This document shows positions 50,669-59,633 of a stretch of 64,000 nucleotides of DNA, in pieces (position 1 is the stretch's first letter; the number at the start of each line of letters is the position of its first letter). Below the pieces are notes generated by a model that did no database searches, had not been told where the DNA came from, and was given only the letters and a program-made list of their open reading frames with translations. The position numbers and the translations under genes were made by a program. The stretch comes from Bacteroidota bacterium (GTDB lineage: Bacteria; Bacteroidota; Ignavibacteria; UBA10030): contig JAOAFT010000011.1 in assembly GCA_026416125.1 (NCBI GenBank), positions 150 through 64,149 on the forward strand, read 5' to 3'.

Positions 50669-52582
50669 CTATTTCATCAGCACAAACTTTTTCGTTATTT
50701 GAATATTCCCTGCTTTTAGTCTATAGAAGTAAACACCACTCGCTAAATTGTTTGCAGTAAACGTGACTTTGTATTCTGATGGTTCTTGCATTTCATCAAC
50801 TAACGTCGCGACTTCCTGACCTAGTAGTGAGTACACTTTGATTGTTACATGCTCTTTTACAGGAACAGTGTATCGTATTGTTGTAGATGGATTGAACGGA
50901 TTAGGATAATTTTGATATAACTCAAACTGAGCAGGAATTATTGTTCCATCCAGTCTTTCAACCGAAGTAATACCATTGTATAACCAGTTATCAATAGTAG
51001 CATCTTCAGCTGCTTTTTGTGCTAACCACTGTTGATATCTCTGAGGCCACCACCTAAACAGGTCGCCGAGTGGAAATCCACCCATGCCTGCGGTTTGCAA
51101 TGTTGTATTAGTATACGCAAGGTTTTCTGTTAATGGCCATTGCATATATTGACCCTCATATGGTCTCCATGCCCAATTCGTATCACTGTTGTCTACCCAT
51201 TTTCTCTGCATGAATCCCCGAATGAGTGCTGTATCTGTTACAGGTACTAGAAAGTTTGGACAATACATTTCATTTCGTACAAGATTATCGAGCGCTCCAG
51301 TTACTTGTGTTATTTTTCGCCTTCCATCTGGACTCCATGGCCATGGATATGTGAGCATATCCTCATTTAGACCATTGTAAAGATTTCTTCGATTAATGTA
51401 TGGAAATGCTTTCTGACCCGTTGCAGTTACAGAATCGAAAAAGACCTTTGTTTGTGGACTCAACATTGGATGTGGCAATGGAATCATATCAGGTGTACGA
51501 GCACGGAACATTGAATCTGCCCACTTGTTATCAGCTAACATCCATTGGACTAACCATTTTTCCAGCGCATATGCACTATTAGTGAACAATATTCGACGTT
51601 CTTGTTCTGGATCTGAAACCCCTTGAGCCCACCAAGGAGTAAATCCAAAGTTCGAGACGCTATCAATTCTGAAAACTCCACCGTTTGGTTCATATTTTCC
51701 TGTATAATTACTTTTACCGGTCTGTGCTGGCATCCAACCAAACATCCAGCAATTCACAAACAAGCAATTTGTCACTGCAAGTTTATACCACCAACCAGAT
51801 TCCAAAGGGAACATAACAACGTTGAGGAATGTACAATGGTTAAATTTAACATAGTCGTGAAATTCGCCACCTTCCTGCATTAGGACATATCCCATGTTAG
51901 CAAACGTACAGTTTTCGAAAACAACGCTATCGCCATGCCATCCCGTCGTTTGGTATGGGAATGACAATGCACGCCCATAGTATCGTAAGTGTGGATCGAT
52001 ACAATTCTTGAAGTAACAATTTTTAAAAGATCCTTTAAAGTGAGTGCAAGTAACTGTTACTGCTCCTCCAGCATTTGGTGGACATGGACTATAATCAAAA
52101 ATGACATTTTCAAATATACCGTACTGACCGGCTACAGCATTTGGGTCTTCAGCAAAAAGGATAGTTGTTCCTACTTGCTCACCATTCGTATTCGCATACC
52201 GCACCCACAGATTTTTCATTGTTAGATGACCGTTACACTGAATGAGATAACTTCTGTTAACACCTCCTGTTGGTGTCCACACAATTTGGGGAGGGCATGT
52301 TTCAGGAGTATTCCCTGGTTGTGGTGCAATGATTGTTAGTTTTTGACCTGCCGGTACATTCAATGTCCCTACCAAAACATAATAACCACCAAGTTGTAAC
52401 CTAAATGTTGTGTTCGACAAAGTTCCTGCATTAAGAGCTGCTTGAACAGCATCATTGAGTTTTCCTTCGCGCAACTCACCAGTGTTTGGATTCCAGTCAC
52501 TTGGCACATCAACAATCGTCTGTGCAATCAAGAAAACAGGAACTACGATTGACCATAATAAAAGTATACCTCGTTTCTTCAT
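50669..52582 (-). CDS. uncharacterised secreted beta-helix-like protein with T9SS sorting domain, immediately downstream of the TonB-dependent receptor
   Basis: The ATG at 52582 has AGAGGAGAGAG upstream; the tracked GTG at 52621 would overlap the receptor stop. Signal peptide present. Repeated N/C-rich turns (FKNCYFKNC, FENCTFAN, FNHCTFLNV, VTNCLFVNC) are followed by a Trp-rich C-terminal region. Sorting domain at 50672-50926. Confidence 0.8.
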   Translation of the reverse strand: MKKRGILLLWSIVVPVFLIAQTIVDVPSDWNPNTGELREGKLNDAVQAALNAGTLSNTTFRLQLGGYYVLVGTLNVPAGQKLTIIAPQPGNTPETCPPQIVWTPTGGVNRSYLIQCNGHLTMKNLWVRYANTNGEQVGTTILFAEDPNAVAGQYGIFENVIFDYSPCPPNAGGAVTVTCTHFKGSFKNCYFKNCIDPHLRYYGRALSFPYQTTGWHGDSVVFENCTFANMGYVLMQEGGEFHDYVKFNHCTFLNVVMFPLESGWWYKLAVTNCLFVNCWMFGWMPAQTGKSNYTGKYEPNGGVFRIDSVSNFGFTPWWAQGVSDPEQERRILFTNSAYALEKWLVQWMLADNKWADSMFRARTPDMIPLPHPMLSPQTKVFFDSVTATGQKAFPYINRRNLYNGLNEDMLTYPWPWSPDGRRKITQVTGALDNLVRNEMYCPNFLVPVTDTALIRGFMQRKWVDNSDTNWAWRPYEGQYMQWPLTENLAYTNTTLQTAGMGGFPLGDLFRWWPQRYQQWLAQKAAEDATIDNWLYNGITSVERLDGTIIPAQFELYQNYPNPFNPSTTIRYTVPVKEHVTIKVYSLLGQEVATLVDEMQEPSEYKVTFTANNLASGVYFYRLKAGNIQITKKFVLMK

Positions 52583-52617
52583 AGGACTCTCTCCTCTGTA
52601 ATTATTTGTTGAAAAGA

Positions 52618-55600
52618 TCACAGTGAAAAAAGATATCGTATTCCAAGGTTTGCCGTCATACCATAGTATTTTTCCGACGTGAAGCCTTTAATTGTAATCT
52701 GCCTTGAAATATTACTTCGGTCATTAATGTTATTAACATCAAAGAACAACTGCATACCAGGAATGGGGAGCATTTGCCGCATCGAAAAATCCACTCTAAA
52801 GTAATCATCTGTAAATCCATCCTGTTCCGGTTCCGAACCAATGTAGCTCACGGAATTCCCTTGGTATACAAAAGAAAGCCTTGCTGAAAAGCCTTTATAA
52901 TCAAAGCCAATGTATGCGTTGCCAATATCATTCGGTTGATTGATTAAACGTCCTTTACGTGTACTATCAATTTGTGTTGTAACACCAGGTCGGATGGTCT
53001 TTTGGATTATCCAAGGGTACCATGCCTCGGAATTAATACGACTGTAGTTGGCACCAAAAACAATCCCATCAAATGGTGGAGGTAAGAACCAGAATCGGGA
53101 TTGAAGTTCAAATTCAATACCTTTAACGTAAGCAAGTTTGTCATTGTTGATGAATGTATATAACCAAGCACCCGATTTTGGAGGACTCCCTAAATCTGAA
53201 TACGTACCAATTGAATCCATCCATGGACGTGTCGGGCGCGCATAAAGCTGGTACTGCGTGCTATAGGCAAAGTTTTTCACTTGCTTGTAGAATGCTCCAA
53301 CTGTGAACAATCCTATGAGATTACTATGGAACGAAAGAATAACGTCATGGTTATAGGACTGAGCTGGTTTCAAACGTGGGTTTCCGGCCCATACATTTCC
53401 TCGGTCATAACTCATGTGATAGTGCGGTGACAACTGATGGTAATCAGGTCGGGCAAGTGTTTGTGTATACGCGTACCGAATATCAAACCATTCAAATACA
53501 TTGAGCTTCGTTGTAATCATTGGTAACCAAAACTTGTTTGTTGGATACGATTCGACAACTTTATACGTTTGAGCACTTTCATCACGAGCATCTAACAAAT
53601 TATATACTTGATATTTTGCACGAGTTTCTTCATAACGAACACCACCTGTAATCGACGCTATAGTACTGACATTAATATTTGTCATTATGTATCCCGCATA
53701 GTTTCGCTCGATATATGTATAATCATTCGGTAACTTTTGGAAGTACCCCTCAAACCATCCACCAGGTGCTATAGCGCTGGCGTTTCGTGCATTGAATTCA
53801 GGGGTGAGTCGTACGTAATCCACAATAGCATTGAGTAATACCGGATCACATCCCCAAAAGATTCGCCCGAACTTATTCCCTAAAAATGAATTGTACACTT
53901 GCGAAATCTGCGTTGGGAAATTGTACCCCGGAAACATCCCTGAAGCATCGCTTATCAATCCAAACTTTGATTTAATGCTATCCATTAAAGTACGAGTAAT
54001 TGTACCTGGAGTATTGTTGGCACCTGTTGGTGTAAAGTAGGGCGTATTTTGATCGTTGATATTCTTTTTGTGTTCGTAGAGACCACCAAATTTTATATGT
54101 CCAGACACAAATGACCCGAGCGCAAATGGTACCTTAAAGTCACCTTTCAGCGATCGATTCCGTTCCTGGTACTCAGTTCTAAACAAACTCACACTTGTTA
54201 AGTAAACATTCGAATCGCTCCGAAACGTTACAGTCTGCCACAACTGCTCAGGCGGTGTATCATATGGAACTGAACCACTGATAACTCCACCAGTTCGACG
54301 AAATTGATAGTATGGAGAATACGGGAGAAGATTTCGAGAGTATGTGAGTGAAGCACGAAGTTCAGCGGAAATAAATCCAAAATCATTTTTAAACTCTAAC
54401 GAATTCATTCCAAGATCGACTGTATTCTCCCCCTCACGGTATCGAAAATCAAGATTGTTCTCTTTGTAGTTGAAAATCTGGTAGAAGTCTTGGTAGTTCG
54501 ACACCAGTCTACTGAACATGTTGATTGTTTTTATTGTACCGTTTGGGAGTTTATAATCGAGAATTAGATTTGCACCATAACGCTTCCGCTCTTCAAAATG
54601 GCGTTGGAATTGAACATTCGTTACTTGAATTTGTCGGAATCCTGTTGTTCCATATCGTAACGTTCCTGTTGTATAATTTGCATTCATGATGTCTGCATCA
54701 CGATCATATTTTTCGGCGTTAAAAAGAACATACGCACCAAGAACTTCATCATCGAAGAATCTGCTGCTAAGAGATGCTATCGCCCGATAGTTCCCGTAAT
54801 TTCCCGTTTTCTTCGTGTAACCCGATTGCCACATGAGATCAGCCGTAACACCGGAAGGAGCTTCACGAAGTATCATGTTCACATATCCCCCTATAGCATT
54901 TGCATTCATATCTGGCAACAATGTTTTATGAACTTCAATAGTTTTTATCATGTACGGTGTAACCATCGCAAGATCAACACTGCGATCAACGCTAATATTC
55001 CCTGCAGTACCACCTTGTGATGCTGCACCTATCTGTGTACTTCCTGTCGATGCAAGAGGGACACCACTGACGGCCACAATATTAAATTGTGGCGCTAAAC
55101 CTCGAACAACAATCTTGTTTGCCTCACCGGAGCTTTCTGTTGTTGAAATTCCTGGTAAGCGACTTAATGCCTGTGCTGCATTAAAATCAGGTAATTCCTG
55201 AATTCGCTCTTCCGACACAACATTCATAACTGATGTTGCGGATATCTGTTGATTGATTGCTGCTTGCTGACCACGTGCTTGCGCTGTAACAATAACCTCC
55301 TCACCCATAATTGCTTCTGGTACTAAACGAACTTCAAGGGTTACTGTACTATTAGCCACCACTTCTATGTCTCGTAGAACCGGTTGATAACCAATGTACG
55401 AAATACGAAGTCGCGCCTTTCCTGCTGGCACATAGTTCAAAATAAATTCTCCATTTAAATCAGTAGCTGTACCTAAACTCGTGTTGAGTACCAAAATGTT
55501 TGCACCCGGCAATGGATCTCCTGTTGCCTGGTCAAGAACTGAACCGCGAATTCGACCTGAACCTTGAGCATAAAGCCCATACGCAAGAAAAACAAAAAGA

Positions 55601-55650
55601 AATACTACTACCCCCCACATTTTTACGCGTATTGTATTACTCATAACCAT
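52618..55650 (-). CDS. TonB-dependent outer-membrane receptor with N-terminal CarboxypepD_reg-like domain
   Basis: 1010 aa with a signal peptide, CarboxypepD_reg (RIRGSVLDQATGDPLPGANILV...GEF), a plug (NKIVVRGL) and a long beta-barrel. It looks closer to the carbohydrate-type TBDRs of Xanthomonas/Caulobacter than to the SusC/RagA clade; that judgement is by eye only. Confidence 0.9.
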   Translation of the reverse strand: MVMSNTIRVKMWGVVVFLFVFLAYGLYAQGSGRIRGSVLDQATGDPLPGANILVLNTSLGTATDLNGEFILNYVPAGKARLRISYIGYQPVLRDIEVVANSTVTLEVRLVPEAIMGEEVIVTAQARGQQAAINQQISATSVMNVVSEERIQELPDFNAAQALSRLPGISTTESSGEANKIVVRGLAPQFNIVAVSGVPLASTGSTQIGAASQGGTAGNISVDRSVDLAMVTPYMIKTIEVHKTLLPDMNANAIGGYVNMILREAPSGVTADLMWQSGYTKKTGNYGNYRAIASLSSRFFDDEVLGAYVLFNAEKYDRDADIMNANYTTGTLRYGTTGFRQIQVTNVQFQRHFEERKRYGANLILDYKLPNGTIKTINMFSRLVSNYQDFYQIFNYKENNLDFRYREGENTVDLGMNSLEFKNDFGFISAELRASLTYSRNLLPYSPYYQFRRTGGVISGSVPYDTPPEQLWQTVTFRSDSNVYLTSVSLFRTEYQERNRSLKGDFKVPFALGSFVSGHIKFGGLYEHKKNINDQNTPYFTPTGANNTPGTITRTLMDSIKSKFGLISDASGMFPGYNFPTQISQVYNSFLGNKFGRIFWGCDPVLLNAIVDYVRLTPEFNARNASAIAPGGWFEGYFQKLPNDYTYIERNYAGYIMTNINVSTIASITGGVRYEETRAKYQVYNLLDARDESAQTYKVVESYPTNKFWLPMITTKLNVFEWFDIRYAYTQTLARPDYHQLSPHYHMSYDRGNVWAGNPRLKPAQSYNHDVILSFHSNLIGLFTVGAFYKQVKNFAYSTQYQLYARPTRPWMDSIGTYSDLGSPPKSGAWLYTFINNDKLAYVKGIEFELQSRFWFLPPPFDGIVFGANYSRINSEAWYPWIIQKTIRPGVTTQIDSTRKGRLINQPNDIGNAYIGFDYKGFSARLSFVYQGNSVSYIGSEPEQDGFTDDYFRVDFSMRQMLPIPGMQLFFDVNNINDRSNISRQITIKGFTSEKYYGMTANLGIRYLFSL

Positions 55651-55714
55651 ACCTCACACGTTAGAAGTTACACAAATATTTATATCCACTAGTTTTTGTG
55701 ATTTGTTGATATTT

Positions 55715-57070
55715 TTATTTTACATATCTTTTTCTTCGTTCAGTGAGTTCCGTTGTAATGGCTACTTCCATTTGCTTGTTAATTGTATAGAAAAAGAGCG
55801 TTACTGCGCAAAGCGTAAAAGTAATTGCCGGGAAAATACTCATCGTGTTGACAATTCCTTGTAACGCGGTTGCAGTTTGCTCCACATTCGGCACATAACC
55901 ATAGAGCGCCAGAATGTAGCCTGTAATAGCACCTCCAAACCCTAAACCTGCTTTCAATGCAAAAACAATAGCAGAAAAAATAATACCCGTCGCTCGACGA
56001 TAATTCTTCCACTCCGAGTAATCTGCTACATCGGCCATCATGGCCCAAAGTAATGGAATAGTAAAACCGTACACCAATTGACGAAGACACTCTGTTCCTA
56101 TCATAATTTCAACAGCATTTGGAGGAAACAGGTAGAAGAGTACAGTGAAGAACGCTGTACCGAACAACCCTCCAATGAATACATCGCGTTTCCCAAAACG
56201 TACCGCCAAGCGTTTAGAGAAGAGGATCCCCACTATCGTTGAAAGTGTCCCAGCAACATTAAAGATACTAAAGAGATCTTCTCGCCCTACGTAATACTTA
56301 AAGTAGTAAAGCACAACACTTCCTCGCATTGCTAAGGTGATGAAAAGAATGAACGTAAGTACAAACATCGCCACCCACGGACCATTTTTCACAAGGTCTT
56401 TATAATGTTCCTTTACCGTTGCTTTCTGTTCTGGAGGAGGTTGAATTCTTTCCTTCGTTGTAGCAAACGTGATAAAGAAACAAAGTACCGCCACAGCTGA
56501 GAAAATACCAATCGTATATTGGTAACCAATAGCACTATTCCCCTTCCCAAAATAGTGAACCATTGGAAGTGCAAGACCCTGCACAATAAGCTGCGCAATC
56601 ATTGCAAACACAAAACGGTATGACGAGAGACTTGTTCGCTCTCCTAAATCACCTGTCATCACTCCGCTCAAAGCAGAGTATGGGAGATTGTTTGCCGAGT
56701 ATACCATCATCAAGATAATGTATGTAACGTAGGCGTAAATAAGTTTCCCAGTTGGTGAAAAATCTGGTGTTACAAACGTAAGAAATCCCATAATACCAAA
56801 AGGAATGGCAGTCCAGAGAACCCATGGACGGAATTTCCCCCAGCGGGTATTTGTTTTGTCTGCGATAATTCCCATGATGGGATCAAATATAGCATCCCAC
56901 ACCCGAACAATGACAAGTAATGTTCCTGCTGCTACCGCACTGATACCAAAGGTATCAGTGTAAAAAGCAAGTTGGAACATTACCATCGTTTGAAAAATTA
57001 AATTCGCTGCAGTATCGCCAAGAGCATAGCCCACCTTTTCCTTAATGGAAAGTTTTCCTGATGTCTCCAC
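55715..57070 (-). CDS. glycoside-pentoside-hexuronide (GPH) family cation symporter, probable xylo-oligosaccharide importer
   Basis: 451 aa with 12 predicted TM segments and the GPH signature DAIFDPIMGIIADKTNTRWGKFRPW. GTG start with AGAGGAG 6 nt upstream. Confidence 0.9.
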   Translation of the reverse strand: METSGKLSIKEKVGYALGDTAANLIFQTMVMFQLAFYTDTFGISAVAAGTLLVIVRVWDAIFDPIMGIIADKTNTRWGKFRPWVLWTAIPFGIMGFLTFVTPDFSPTGKLIYAYVTYIILMMVYSANNLPYSALSGVMTGDLGERTSLSSYRFVFAMIAQLIVQGLALPMVHYFGKGNSAIGYQYTIGIFSAVAVLCFFITFATTKERIQPPPEQKATVKEHYKDLVKNGPWVAMFVLTFILFITLAMRGSVVLYYFKYYVGREDLFSIFNVAGTLSTIVGILFSKRLAVRFGKRDVFIGGLFGTAFFTVLFYLFPPNAVEIMIGTECLRQLVYGFTIPLLWAMMADVADYSEWKNYRRATGIIFSAIVFALKAGLGFGGAITGYILALYGYVPNVEQTATALQGIVNTMSIFPAITFTLCAVTLFFYTINKQMEVAITTELTERRKRYVK

Positions 57071-57102
57071 GTTTACTCCTCTTGCTTGGTTATATTAACG
57101 AG

Positions 57103-59409
57103 TTACTGTACAAGTAATATTGCCTTTAACAAATCTTCATCACGAGATGACGCGCCAACCATTATTTCAAACTCACCTGGTTCCACTGTCCAATCCATAT
57201 CAATGTTCGTAAAAGCAAGATGGTCCGGTGTTACTTGAAATGATACAGTCTTTGTTTCACCTGGTTCTAGTGTAATACGTTGGAACCCACGCAACTCTTT
57301 AACTGGCCGAGTTACCGAGCTAAAACAATCGTGAATGTATAACTGGACAACTTCATCACCTCGACGTGAACCTGTATTCGTCACATCGACAGAGACTACT
57401 GTCGATTGACCAACTTTAATTATTGGATCTTGTATCTGTAGGTTATTGTATGTGAATGTAGTGTAGCTTAACCCATATCCAAAAGGGTATAGTGGTGTCG
57501 ATTGCTCGTCAAGATACCCACGACGAGCAGAAGGTTTGTAATTGTAATAAATTGGAATTTGTCCTACAGTACGCGGAATTGAAATCGGTAATCGTCCACC
57601 TGGATTATAATCTCCAAACAACACGTCGGCCACCGCACGCCCACCTTCTTGACCAAGGTACCAGCATTCAATAATTGCTTCTGCTTTTTCAGCAATCTCT
57701 GTAATCGAATTCGGTCGACCGTGAAAAAGAACTACAATAACAGGCTTACCGAGAGCAGAAATTGCATTGAATAATTCCATCTGTCGTCCTGGGAGTTCGA
57801 GGTATGCACGATCACCCATGTGTACACGGCTCCATGCTTCTCGTGAAGTCTGTTCATTACCACCTAACACAAGTACAATGATATCTGCGCGCTGTGCTAC
57901 TACGATCGCTTCTTGAATACTTCTCCTATCTTCCTCAACAGTGGGGAAAACTACCTTGTCTTCATTCCATGACCCCCCAACTGTAATTTTACATCCCTCA
58001 CTGTAAAGAACATCAATAACCGAGCCTACCTTTTCTTTAAGTGCTTTGTAAACTGTCGTTGTATACTTCGGTGTCCCACTGTATCCACCTAACATAACAC
58101 GATCGGCATTCGGACCTATCACAGCAAGTGTTTTCAGTCGTTTGGAAGAGAGTGGGAGTATATTACGTTCATTTTTTAAGAGAGTAATCGTTTGGTAGGC
58201 TGCTTTCAATGCGAGGGCTCGTTCACTTTCAAGTGCTTTATCATCATGCACATTTTCACAATGAACGTATGGGTCATCGAACAACCCAAGGAGGAACTTG
58301 CACCAGAGAATTTCACGCACGAGTTCATCAATAAGTACCTCTGCTACTTTTCCTTCCTTTACTAACTGAATGAGAAAAGGATAACAATCCTTATCAGGGA
58401 ATTCTATGTTAACACCAGCTTCAACTGCCTTTTGCGCTGCTTCAGCTTTGCTTGAAGCTATGCGGTGACTTGTTGCTTCTTCACGAAGATGTAGTTCTGT
58501 AATAGCATAGTAATCGGAAACAACCATGCCCCTAAACCCCCATTCGTTTCTTAATACGTCACGCAAGAGCCACTTATTCGCCTGGGATGGTACGCCATCA
58601 ATTTCATTGTACGAAGGCATAACACTCAGCGCCTTCGCTCTTCGAATTGCCTCACGAAATGGATATAGAAATGTATCTCTCAATAGTCTCTCTGAAACGT
58701 TTACAGGCGCACAATTCGTCCCTGATTCCGGTTGACCATGTGCAGCAAAATGTTTTAATGTCGCAATGATATGCTTTTTATCTTTAAATGTTCCATCACC
58801 TTGAAAACCTCTTACTGCTGCAATACCCATTTGTGCTACCAGGTACGGATCCTCACCAAAAGTTTCCTCCACTCGCCCCCAACGAGGATCTCGTGCAACA
58901 TCAACAACCGGTGTTAGTGCTTGATGCGCTCCACGACTCCGAGTATCAGCAGCGATCGATGAGTAAATTTCCTCTACTAATTCAGTATTAAATGTAGCAG
59001 CTAAACCAATTGGCTGTGGATAACTCGTGGCATCTTTCGCAGCAAGCCCATGCAAACACTCTTCGTGAAATATGACTGGTATACCTAAACGGGTTTCTTC
59101 AACAAAAAATCGTTGGATTTCATTCGATAGCTCTACCATTTCCTGAGGACTCAGTCCACCCCCCGTATCACTCAACCGAGCAATTTGCCCCAATCCATGC
59201 TTATATCTCTCGCGAAGAATTTCTCGATTGAGTCTTTTTCCATCAAATAGAACTGTATTTTTCTCACCCCAAATACAGAGCATTTGTGCTACTTTTTCTT
59301 CAAGTGTCATTCGTCCAATAAGGTCAGCAATTCGTTCTTCTATTGATAGTTTGGAGTTCTTGTACTGTGCCTCCTTCAACTTGATTGTATGTCCAGTTAA
59401 AGTACTCAT
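57103..59409 (-). CDS. GH3 beta-xylosidase/beta-glucosidase, cytoplasmic (no signal peptide)
   Basis: The ATG at 59409 has AAAGGAA upstream; the tracked start is a TTG. GH3 N-domain with a nucleophile region (GMVVSDYYA), an alpha/beta sandwich and a C-terminal Fn3-like domain. Confidence 0.9.
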   Translation of the reverse strand: MSTLTGHTIKLKEAQYKNSKLSIEERIADLIGRMTLEEKVAQMLCIWGEKNTVLFDGKRLNREILRERYKHGLGQIARLSDTGGGLSPQEMVELSNEIQRFFVEETRLGIPVIFHEECLHGLAAKDATSYPQPIGLAATFNTELVEEIYSSIAADTRSRGAHQALTPVVDVARDPRWGRVEETFGEDPYLVAQMGIAAVRGFQGDGTFKDKKHIIATLKHFAAHGQPESGTNCAPVNVSERLLRDTFLYPFREAIRRAKALSVMPSYNEIDGVPSQANKWLLRDVLRNEWGFRGMVVSDYYAITELHLREEATSHRIASSKAEAAQKAVEAGVNIEFPDKDCYPFLIQLVKEGKVAEVLIDELVREILWCKFLLGLFDDPYVHCENVHDDKALESERALALKAAYQTITLLKNERNILPLSSKRLKTLAVIGPNADRVMLGGYSGTPKYTTTVYKALKEKVGSVIDVLYSEGCKITVGGSWNEDKVVFPTVEEDRRSIQEAIVVAQRADIIVLVLGGNEQTSREAWSRVHMGDRAYLELPGRQMELFNAISALGKPVIVVLFHGRPNSITEIAEKAEAIIECWYLGQEGGRAVADVLFGDYNPGGRLPISIPRTVGQIPIYYNYKPSARRGYLDEQSTPLYPFGYGLSYTTFTYNNLQIQDPIIKVGQSTVVSVDVTNTGSRRGDEVVQLYIHDCFSSVTRPVKELRGFQRITLEPGETKTVSFQVTPDHLAFTNIDMDWTVEPGEFEIMVGASSRDEDLLKAILLVQ

Positions 59410-59495
59410 TATGAAATTCCTTTTTTGCAAAGTGTAAATACTACTCCCCCTTTTTGCTACCGTATAACCGTTAAATTTTAAATCTTCTAGGTATT

Positions 59496-59514
59496 AAACC
59501 ATTACTAACCGTTT
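59496..59514 (-). promoter_or_regulatory. candidate operator, imperfect 19-bp palindrome AAACGGTTA-G-TAATGGTTT
   Basis: It starts 2 nt downstream of the -10 hexamer. Related TAACCGTT/AACCATT copies occur at 59465-59472 and 59610-59617. Confidence 0.3.
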
Positions 59515-59516
59515 CA

Positions 59517-59545
59517 ATACTAATAATACTTATTTAATTTGTCAA
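59517..59545 (-). promoter_or_regulatory. sigma70-like promoter, TTGACA-17 nt-TAGTAT, upstream of GH3-GPH-TBDR
   Basis: Minus strand reads cacTTGACAaattaaataagtattatTAGTATtgaaacgg. It has the same architecture as the ilv promoter. Confidence 0.4.
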
Positions 59546-59633
59546 GTGAAAAATATTATCTTGTGATCTCCATCTGTAAAAGGTACAGCTATAAAAATTT
59601 AAGGTCTTGAATGGTTAAGGTATAATCTAGGTA

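Noticed and set aside
32503-52582. The recurring roughly 250-nt similar segments as a CRISPR array or an interspersed mobile repeat.
   Set aside because: They are in-frame 3-prime ends of separate CDSs (T9SS sorting domains), kilobases apart and similar mainly at the protein level. They are not short direct repeats with spacers.
50669-52621. Reading the gene after the TonB receptor as SusD, and the GTG at 52621 as a start overlapping the receptor stop.
   Set aside because: No lipobox Cys or TPR-like SusD pattern is present. The protein has beta-helix-like repeats and a T9SS tail. The ATG at 52582 with AGAGGAGAGAG upstream is a better start, leaving a 35-nt gap.
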